From Candidatus Thorarchaeota archaeon (GTDB lineage Archaea > Asgardarchaeota > Thorarchaeia > Thorarchaeales > Thorarchaeaceae): a stretch of DNA of 12,485 nucleotides. A program made the translations under genes and the position numbers. Every line of letters begins with the position of its first letter. The first letter of the stretch is position 1. A model generated the notes under the pieces. That model saw only the letters and a list, made by a program, of their open reading frames with translations, did no database searches and was not told the DNA's origin. This document shows, piece after piece, positions 1-6,588 of this stretch. The stretch covers positions 1 to 12,485 of the forward strand of contig SHMX01000015.1 in assembly GCA_008080745.1 (NCBI GenBank), read 5' to 3'.

Positions 1-2
1 GA

Positions 3-176
3 CTTTGCGTCCGCTACGCCGACACGGGCATCACCGTGAGGGGAGCGACCGGTGCATCGCAGGCGAGCCTCCGCTTCAACCCGGAGACCCCACTCCGACC
101 CGGTGCGCCGGTGGAGGTCACGGTCCACCGGGCAGGTGAGCGGCCCTACACGCTGCGCTTCACCACTACTCCCTGA
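3..176 (+). CDS. 3' end of a partial CDS; C-terminus resembles a bacterial Ig-like (Big_5/SbsA-type) domain
   Basis: Frame 3 is open from the window edge to TGA at 174-176 and translates LCVRYADTGITVRGATGASQASLRFNPETPLRPGAPVEVTVHRAGERPYTLRFTTTP*. The F-x-P-x-x-P-L-x-P-G...V-T-V...F-T-T ending is typical of Big_5-like modules (recognised by eye, no HMM run). It is absent from the ORF track because it has no start codon. Confidence 0.55.
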   Translation, partial: LCVRYADTGITVRGATGASQASLRFNPETPLRPGAPVEVTVHRAGERPYTLRFTTTP

Positions 177-228
177 TCGTTCTTGCGCACTGGGTGGACC
201 GGGGGTATCTACGCTCCCGAGCAATGAG

Positions 229-256
229 TTGACATTGCGCCTTCTTTGCATAGGAT
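229..256 (+). promoter_or_regulatory. Candidate sigma70 promoter P1 for the lipoprotein gene
   Basis: TTGACA (229-234), 16-nt spacer, TAGGAT (251-256), in the intergenic gap upstream of ATG 407. Confidence 0.5.
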
Positions 257-287
257 CAAGGATATCCGGCAGAACTCCGAAACCCGT

Positions 288-362
288 GTCACGAAACAGT
301 TGCACCGTGTGACAGAATGGTAACCGCTCTGTTATCGGGTGGTGACACGGGTTGGGTATACT
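288..362 (+). promoter_or_regulatory. Array of six GTnAC-like pentamers at ~11-bp period followed by a TATACT -10 (candidate OmpR/PhoB-family-controlled promoter P2)
   Basis: GTCAC 288, GTTGC 299, GTGAC 309, GTAAC 320, GTTAT 331, GTGAC 342; then a 10-nt gap and TATACT at 357-362. No -35 consensus is present. Confidence 0.45.
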
Positions 363-406
363 GGGACTCAACACAGCAATCAGCTTCCAGCGAGAGGGGG
401 TCACGA

Positions 407-1930
407 ATGAAGCAATCACCGACGCCGTTGAGCATCGCCTTCCTGGTATCCATTGCATTGTTGGTCGCCTGCAGCGGCACGTTCGACATTCAGGTCCAGT
501 CGACACCCGGTGCTGAGGCCACCATCGTAGCCCTGGAAGTGGAGAACACCCGGTTGGTCGCTGAAGCGACGCAGCAGGCCCAGGAGACGTCCCGCCTGGG
601 GCGACTGGCCTACGTGCAGAGCGGCGACATCTGGGTCCGGGCGTTGCCCGACGGAGAACCCCAGCGCCTGACGACGGACGGGCGCAACGGCGAACCCCGC
701 TGGTCACCCTCCGGTGAGTGGCTGGCGTTCCGCAAAGGGGACTTCGACCAGGTCTGGATGATGCGAGGCGATGGCGAGAATGCTCACCCGTTGAATGAGG
801 GGATCCCCGTCGACACTTTCGCCTGGTCGCCGGTGGGAGATCGCCTGGCCTACGTCGATCTGCCCAACGGTGAATTGCACGTGCAAGATGTGGACGCGGC
901 CCATCCGACGACGTTGGTGGAAGATACATGGGTCGACCCGGCGACGCCACCCCCAGAGGAGAAGTGGAGCGTAGGGGAGATCGTCTGGAGTCCCGACGGC
1001 AGTGCGATCGCTTACACCCTGCTCCAGCACGCGCGCGACCCGGATGAGGCATCCGGCCCACCGAGCTACCAGGGGTTGTGGGCCGTTTCGGCCGAGGGCG
1101 GTGAGCGCGAGGAGCTCCACGCCAGCGGGGTGCCGGAGCGCGGGACGATCAAGCTCTCCGGCTCGACGGCGAACGGGGAGTATCTCCTCTTCTGGCAGGG
1201 GGAGATCCTCTCTGCCTCAGCGTTGGCCGACGGCGTGCCGGTCTATGCCCTGACCGGGGACGGCGAGGAGCCACACCAGTTGATGGAGGCCGTGCTGTAT
1301 CACCGTGACTTCGTAGTGCCGGCCCCCACCGGTCCTCGCGTCGCCCTGGTCGCGGGGGGTGGTCGGTCGACGTGGAACAACAAGCGCATCGCAGTCGTTC
1401 AACCCGCCACTGGCGAGGGCGTTTACCTCACGTCCGAGGAGGTCGCAGCCCTCTCCCCCAACTGGTCTCCCGACGGTTCCCGCTTGGCTTACTCGGCCGG
1501 TCCTGCGACGGATGACGTAGGCGGCGAACCGGCCCGCCAGGCGATGATGGCGCGCCGCATCTGGTTGGTAGACGTCGATGGCACGAGGAACCAGCAGCTG
1601 ACGGATGACCCGGCCTACCGTGACGAGTACCCGCTCTGGTCGGCCGATGGGTCTCATATCCTCTTCGTCCGCCTGGACGCGGAGGATCGTGTTTCACTGT
1701 GGCTTCTGTCGGTAGGGGATGGGGAACCACAGCGGGTGGTGGAAGAACTGACGCCGGCGCCGGAGTGGTTCGGCTACTACGGTTACATTGGGTGGCATGA
1801 GCACTTCGACTGGTGGCTGGGCGCAGAGCCTGAGCCGGTCACGCCCTCTGTGACCCCGGTGCCCACTCCGACGCCAGAGCCGGCGTCTGGTGCCTTCGAA
1901 CGACACCTGCTGGCTGAGTTCCAGCCGTGA
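407..1930 (+). CDS. Lipoprotein with TolB-like PD40/WD40 beta-propeller and C-terminal Pro/Thr linker (507 aa)
   Basis: Start moved from 317 to ATG 407, which follows the purine-rich RBS GAGAGGGGG. Signal peptide II with lipobox LLVA-C (Cys22). About seven PD40-like repeats: RWSPSGEWLAF, FAWSPVGDRLAY, VWSPDGSAIAY, NWSPDGSRLAY, LWSADGSHILF and two degenerate copies. Tail EPEPVTPSVTPVPTPTPEP. Confidence 0.85.
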   Translation: MKQSPTPLSIAFLVSIALLVACSGTFDIQVQSTPGAEATIVALEVENTRLVAEATQQAQETSRLGRLAYVQSGDIWVRALPDGEPQRLTTDGRNGEPRWSPSGEWLAFRKGDFDQVWMMRGDGENAHPLNEGIPVDTFAWSPVGDRLAYVDLPNGELHVQDVDAAHPTTLVEDTWVDPATPPPEEKWSVGEIVWSPDGSAIAYTLLQHARDPDEASGPPSYQGLWAVSAEGGEREELHASGVPERGTIKLSGSTANGEYLLFWQGEILSASALADGVPVYALTGDGEEPHQLMEAVLYHRDFVVPAPTGPRVALVAGGGRSTWNNKRIAVVQPATGEGVYLTSEEVAALSPNWSPDGSRLAYSAGPATDDVGGEPARQAMMARRIWLVDVDGTRNQQLTDDPAYRDEYPLWSADGSHILFVRLDAEDRVSLWLLSVGDGEPQRVVEELTPAPEWFGYYGYIGWHEHFDWWLGAEPEPVTPSVTPVPTPTPEPASGAFERHLLAEFQP

Positions 1931-2188
1931 GCAGGGGCGACGTCGGAGTGGCCTCATTGACCGCAATCCACGCCTGAACAGTGCGATTCCGACTAGATTG
2001 TGGCAAGTTAGCCTCTCAGACGCACGCCCAGTTCCTGGAGCGCTACACCCTCGCTCAGGGAGATTTGTAGCGGGTTGGCGATGGCTTCCGCACAGATATG
2101 GAGCGCGCGTGCGTGGCGGGACGGTCTGTGCATCCAGCCCTCGGACCGCGAAGGACACTGCCCCTCCTGGAAGCAACTTCATCCTGGT

Positions 2189-2253
2189 GTCAGCGAAGCG
2201 TTAAGAAAGCGTAGGATACCCGTCAAGCAATTGGCTCAGTGACATAGTACACT
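2189..2253 (+). promoter_or_regulatory. Second 11-bp-phased GTnA repeat array plus TACACT -10 upstream of the membrane-protein genes
   Basis: GTCAG 2189, GTTAA 2200, GTAGG 2211 and GTCAA 2222 at exact 11-bp steps, then TACACT at 2248-2253. The offsets from the -10 (26, 37, 48) match those of the 288-362 array. Confidence 0.35.
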
Positions 2254-2321
2254 CGATTCCGACAAGCCACTTGATCGGCTTGTGTCACCCGATTACTGCC
2301 TCGCTTGAAGGAGGTACACCG

Positions 2322-3134
2322 ATGAAAAAGGGGAAAGTACACTTCATCCTGACAGGACTGGCTGCTCTGTTCAGCGCGCCCTTCTGGGTCGCCACGCCGC
2401 TGATAGCTGTGCTGAAGCTGCTCAACATCACTTTCGCTGGCACACCGCCCTCCGCCACCGGTCTACTGTTTGCGCCGGTGTTCTTCATCGCCATCCTACT
2501 CAGCGATACGACGCGCCTTGCAGGCATCGGCCTGGCCGCGCTGCTTCTAGCCCTGGTCGCGCTGGTCTGGCTGGTGGCTCGCGAGCGTGACCGAGTCTGG
2601 AGCCGGGGGCGGTTCTATCTCCTGACCGCAATCCTCGTCATGGTGCTGGTCTTCCCGCTGGTGATGCGCTATCGACCGGCGGTGCAGGCCGCGCCCGGCG
2701 TCGAGATGCACTTGGTCGAGCGGCCGGGACTGCTGGCAGGGACGGCAAGGCGGTGCCAGGCGTTGGCCGAGATCCGGGGATGCCAATACGAGCCGTTGGG
2801 CTGGGCAGACGCCGACACGCTGGTCTACCGCACCTGGTGCGGCGGCCGGTTCACCGCCCAGGGCTGGCAGCCAGGATCCCCCGGTGCCCCGATGGCCTAC
2901 GACGTAAACACGGGCGATGTCGGAGCCTCCCTCATTGATCGGGAGCCCGTGCGCCAGCGGTGCGATCCCGAGACGTGTGTCTCACCGAACCTTACCGATA
3001 AGCAGCTCTTTCCCTGGGGTTACCTGCCGGGAGAATACCCCGATCCCCTTATCTCACCCGACGGCCGCTGGGTCGCCTTCACCGCGGAGCACGTTTACGG
3101 TCCGGAGGATCTGCTCGTCATCTCAACAGAGTGA
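2322..3134 (+). CDS. Hypothetical membrane protein (270 aa): about 4 N-terminal TM helices, then a Cys-containing domain ending in one PD40-like repeat
   Basis: Strong RBS AAGGAGGT (2308-2315) before ATG 2322, so the ORF-track start at 2271 is not preferred. Hydrophobic segments in the first ~100 aa; five Cys in the C-terminal half; SPDGRWVAFT near the end. Confidence 0.8.
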   Translation: MKKGKVHFILTGLAALFSAPFWVATPLIAVLKLLNITFAGTPPSATGLLFAPVFFIAILLSDTTRLAGIGLAALLLALVALVWLVARERDRVWSRGRFYLLTAILVMVLVFPLVMRYRPAVQAAPGVEMHLVERPGLLAGTARRCQALAEIRGCQYEPLGWADADTLVYRTWCGGRFTAQGWQPGSPGAPMAYDVNTGDVGASLIDREPVRQRCDPETCVSPNLTDKQLFPWGYLPGEYPDPLISPDGRWVAFTAEHVYGPEDLLVISTE

Positions 3135-3168
3135 AGCTGGGAAGCAGAGGGATATCATAGGAGGCAAA

Positions 3169-3729
3169 ATGGAGCGATTGAGCAAAGCATCGTCCCGATG
3201 GATAGACAAGGTAGTCGGCGCATTAGCCGTCGGTTTGCTGGTTTTCAGTTGGTTCGCGTGTTACCTGTGGATCATGGCGCTGACCGAGGGATGGGGTGCC
3301 CCATGGGATATCGCTCCTATCCGGCCACCGGTAGGCCATTGGCAGCGCACGCTCAATGACTTCTTCGAGTCGGGCGTGGGAATGTATCTCCCCACGGTCG
3401 TCTTTCTAGCGGTCAGCGTCGTGTCGTGGGTTCGGACAGTGATCCAGACTCGAGACGTACGGACGACATCGCTCGTCTTTGGAGCAACCAACCTCATAGC
3501 GCTGTTAGCGCTGATGATCATTGCGATTCCCATCCAACGATTCCTCATCCGCACGCCGGCTCACCTTACGCCGGAAGATTGGTCCTACTGGGGCGATTTC
3601 AGACGTGAATGGCCCTTGAGCCTGATCGCATTGATGCTGTTTATCGGTTTGTTCTTGATCCAACCCGTGGTGGTACGCCGCCTTACCGAGACCGAGAAGG
3701 CTGAGGTCAGCACCAGCAGCCAGTACTGA
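3169..3729 (+). CDS. Hypothetical 4-TM membrane protein (186 aa)
   Basis: RBS AGGAGG (3159-3164) before ATG 3169, 34 nt after the previous stop (operon-like). Four hydrophobic stretches and Trp-rich loops. The ORF-track N-terminal extension from 2917 overlaps the previous gene and is rejected. Confidence 0.8.
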   Translation: MERLSKASSRWIDKVVGALAVGLLVFSWFACYLWIMALTEGWGAPWDIAPIRPPVGHWQRTLNDFFESGVGMYLPTVVFLAVSVVSWVRTVIQTRDVRTTSLVFGATNLIALLALMIIAIPIQRFLIRTPAHLTPEDWSYWGDFRREWPLSLIALMLFIGLFLIQPVVVRRLTETEKAEVSTSSQY

Positions 3730-3746
3730 CGGTTCTTCACCCTCAG

Positions 3747-3784
3747 CAGCCCGGCTTCAGGTTCTCCGCCGACCGGGCTGGTTT
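3747..3784 (+). terminator. Possible weak stem-loop terminator after the membrane-protein operon
   Basis: CAGCCCGG (3747-3754) pairs with CCGGGCTG (3773-3780) around an 18-nt loop and is followed only by GTTT. The U-tract is poor. Confidence 0.25.
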
Positions 3785-3856
3785 GACGTGCTGAATATGC
3801 TCAGATTTACCTCGAAATTGGCCTCAAATTGCCGAGAACGGGACGTTCTTGCCACT

Positions 3857-6283
3857 TCACGAGCTGATCTCTGCACCACAAACAACCGGCGACACTCGCT
3901 CTCGTGCTCGTGATAGCCGTCCGGGGTGACGGATGGAATTTTCGGCCAGGACAGACTCCCCCGCCTCGACGAAGGGGCGCACGAACCGGCCGGGCCGGCT
4001 GAGCTCAAGGGCCGCCTCCAACTGGGCCAGGGCGTGCGATCGGTTCCCCAGCGCCTCAAGGGCCTGCGCCTCTAACGCCAGGACCTCGACCCGGCGCCGG
4101 GTCCATCCTGACGCCTGGGTCTGCTCGCGGACGGAGGCCAGATCGTCCAGGGTGCCCTGTGCGTCGTCCAAGGCCAGCCGAGCGTGCGCCACCACCTGGG
4201 CCTGAAAGGCGCGGGTGTCGGCCGACAGACGATCGAGGGGCCGGCGGTGCGCCATCCACTCCACCAGCGCCCCCCGGTCGCCGCGGGCGATGCGACACCG
4301 CATCTCCCACAACTTGGCAAACCCGGCCACCTCGGCGTAATTGAGACGGCGCGAGACGGCCATAGTTCTCTCCAGCCAGCCCAGCGCCTCCTCTTCGTCT
4401 CCCTGGTGGCGGGCCAGGCAGGCCAGGGCACTGGATGCCATGACGTCCATGATGTGGGCGCCGATTCGGCGCGAGAGCCTGGCGCCCACCTCAAGATGAT
4501 GCCGGGCCGCATCAACCTCCCAGCGGTCCCAGTGGATCAGGCCCAACCCCACGTGCATCAGGCCGCCCAGGGGCTGGGCCTGGTGGGCTTCAACCCACGC
4601 CAGTCCCTCGCGGTAGAGCGCCTCGGCCTCGTGCCAGCGTCCCTGCAGCCGTCGTAGCTCGCCCAGGTTGAACCGGGCCGAGAGGGCCAAGAAGTGGTTC
4701 CCCGAGCGGTGCCCCTCGGCGATGGCGCGGGCGAAGGCCTCGCTGGCGGCCTCCAGCTGGCCCAGGAAATCGTACGCATTCCCCAGATTCTGCGCCACCA
4801 CGCTGCGGACCACGCCATCTGCCTCCGGCAGCTGGGCCAATGCCTGTTCCGCATACTCGATGGTGGCCTCCATATCGCCCGTCGAGAAGGCGTGGGAGGT
4901 GCGGAGGGTGAGAATCTCGCCCCGGCCGGCGGCGCGCTCCTCGGGGGTGAGGTCCGCCTTCGTCTCCACCAGCTCCTCAAGGTCCGCCAGGCAGTCCTCC
5001 ATATCGTCCACATCCAGCGTGACCACGCGTGTCCAGGCGTGGGCCAGCATCAGGGCCGGATCGCTGCGGCGGAGCGACACCGGCAGCGCTTCGACCCAAC
5101 GCTTCAGGGTGGCCACCTCGCCCTGCTGGAGCATAGAGGGGTAGGCCGAGGCGATTAGCGTAGCTGCCAACTCGTGGTCCCCGGCAGCCAGCGCGTGATG
5201 GACCGCGTCGTCGGTCGTGTCGTTCTCCGCGTACCAGCGGGCCGCGCGGCGGTGGAGCACTGGCGCCAGGTCGGGCCGCTCCATCTCCAGGCGGGCGCGG
5301 AGGAAATCCCGGAATAGGCGGTGGTAACGATACCAGCGGCGCTGGTCGTCCATTGGGACCAAGAAGAGGTTGTCCTGCTCCAGCTGCGCCAGCACCTGCC
5401 GCGCTGAGACCTGGTCAGCATCGAGCACTCCATCGCAGAGGGCCGCGCTGAACCGCTCCAGAATCGAGGTGCGGAGCAAGAACGACCGCACCGCCGGCGC
5501 CTGCCGCTGCAGAACCTCCTGGACGAGGTAGTCGAGGACGTGGCGATGGCTGCCACTGAGGGCCTCGACGAAGCTCGAGGCATCCGCCTGGCCGCGCAAT
5601 GAGATAGCGACCAACTGGAGTGCGGCGATCCAACCCTCGGCCTGGGCATCGAGGGCCGCAAGATCACGCTGGTTGAGCTCCAGATCCAACGTCGCCCGGA
5701 GAAAGGCGGCAGTCTCATCCGGCGTGAAGCGCAGGTCGTCGGCCCGAATCTCCAGGAGCTGCCGGCGGGCGCGCCAACGGGGCAGCGGGAAGGATGGGTC
5801 GGCGCGGGTGGCGACCACCAGATGGAGCGTCGGAGGTGCGTTGTCGATCAGAAAGACCAGGGCTTCATCGATCGTGGGATTGGCGACCAGGTGGTAGTCG
5901 TCGAACACCAAGACCAGAGGCGCGATCCGTTCGGCCAGCTGGTTGATCAGCGGCACCAGAACGGCTTCGAAGGAGGTTGACGGTCCACCGGGGGGTGGCG
6001 CGACCAGGTCCGGTGCGGCCTGGGTCAGCGCGGCACCCAGGTAGCGGAGAAAGCGCGTCGGGTCGTTGTCCTTCTCATCCAGCGAAAGCCAGCCCACACC
6101 TGCATCGATCTGGCGCAACCAGGTGCCGAGCAGCGTGGTCTTGCCGAAGCCGGCCGGGGCGGAGACGAGGATCAGCTTGCGCGTCAGCCCCTCATCCAGC
6201 CGTTCGACAAGGCGCGACCGCGCCACCAGATCGGGGCGCGGTAGGGGAACATAGAGCTTGGTTTGCAGGAGCAAGGTCTCCAT
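3857..6283 (-). pseudogene. MalT/LAL-type STAND regulator (ATPase + winged helix + TPR-like), truncated before the LuxR HTH by an IS end
   Basis: Begins LLQTKLYVPLPRPDLVAR; Walker A APAGFGKTT; Walker B LVFDDYH; ATRADP, DLRFTPDE, EGWIAALQL and RYHRLF motifs. The family-typical RFVRPFVEAG is followed at codon 777 by the IS TGT end and 31 IS-encoded residues to the stop. No LSERE...SN.EIA...TVK.H HTH is present. Confidence 0.85.
3930..3953. mobile_element. Orphan IS terminal inverted repeat (right-end type, ...CCAGGACA-3'), same family as the IS at 11488
   Basis: Its reverse complement TGTCCTGGCCGAAAATTCCATCCG matches 11488-11511 TGTCCTGGCCGAAAACCATATCCG at 20/24 positions, with the first 15 perfect. 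It falls where MalT-like similarity ends. Confidence 0.78.
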
Positions 6284-6306
6284 CGTACGGTCATCTTATC
6301 ACTCAT

Positions 6307-6334
6307 TTGACGAGGGGACAAGCCCAAGTATACT
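6307..6334 (+). promoter_or_regulatory. Candidate sigma70 promoter divergent from the MalT-like gene; its palindromic -10 core could also serve the - strand
   Basis: TTGACG (6307-6312), 16-nt spacer, TATACT (6329-6334). AGTATACT (6327-6334) is palindromic, giving TATACT on both strands. Confidence 0.4.
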
Positions 6335-6588
6335 GGGCATGTGTCGCGCCATCGATCGCCGGGTGCTGATGCCCGTTGGCATGCTCCTCTGGCCGACGTG
6401 GTGGATCTTGGTCAGCCGGGCGCTCTTTCGGATGGGGAGATAGCCAGAGGGGATCCTTCAATCGTCAGCTCCACCATTCTCTTCCTCCGCACAGGGGTTC
6501 GCATCGATCGGCAGATCGGCCCATCGTCCTGGACGGTGCGAGTTGTACCTTGTTTCGAGGTGCTTTCTTCTAGCCTGAGCAGTACCCC

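Noticed and set aside
277-357. Hairpin bounded by AAC...GTTGGGT resembling an integron attC site
   Set aside because: The left box CCGAAAC does not fit RYYYAAC, there is no unpaired central spacer between R and L boxes, it does not directly follow a stop codon, and no integrase or second such site is present.
317-406. ORF-track upstream starts at 317, 2271 and 2917
   Set aside because: Downstream ATGs at 407, 2322 and 3169 have clear RBSs and give proper signal or TM N-termini. The extensions overlap regulatory DNA or the previous gene.
1694-2182. - strand ORF of 162 aa and a nested 41-aa ORF (MHRPSRHARALHICAEAIANPLQ...) in the 1931-2321 gap
   Set aside because: No recognisable motif. The longer ORF runs antisense into the lipoprotein gene, and there is no supporting promoter.
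1984-2263. 10-bp direct repeat CGATTCCGAC at 1984 and 2254 as a possible TSD or CRISPR-like repeat
   Set aside because: Only two short copies exist, no element ends lie between them, and repeated 10-mers are expected by chance in 12.5 kb.
3933-6369. Numerous short Arg/Pro/Ala-rich ORFs overlapping the MalT-like gene on both strands
   Set aside because: They have the composition typical of off-frame translation of GC-rich coding DNA and no recognisable domains.
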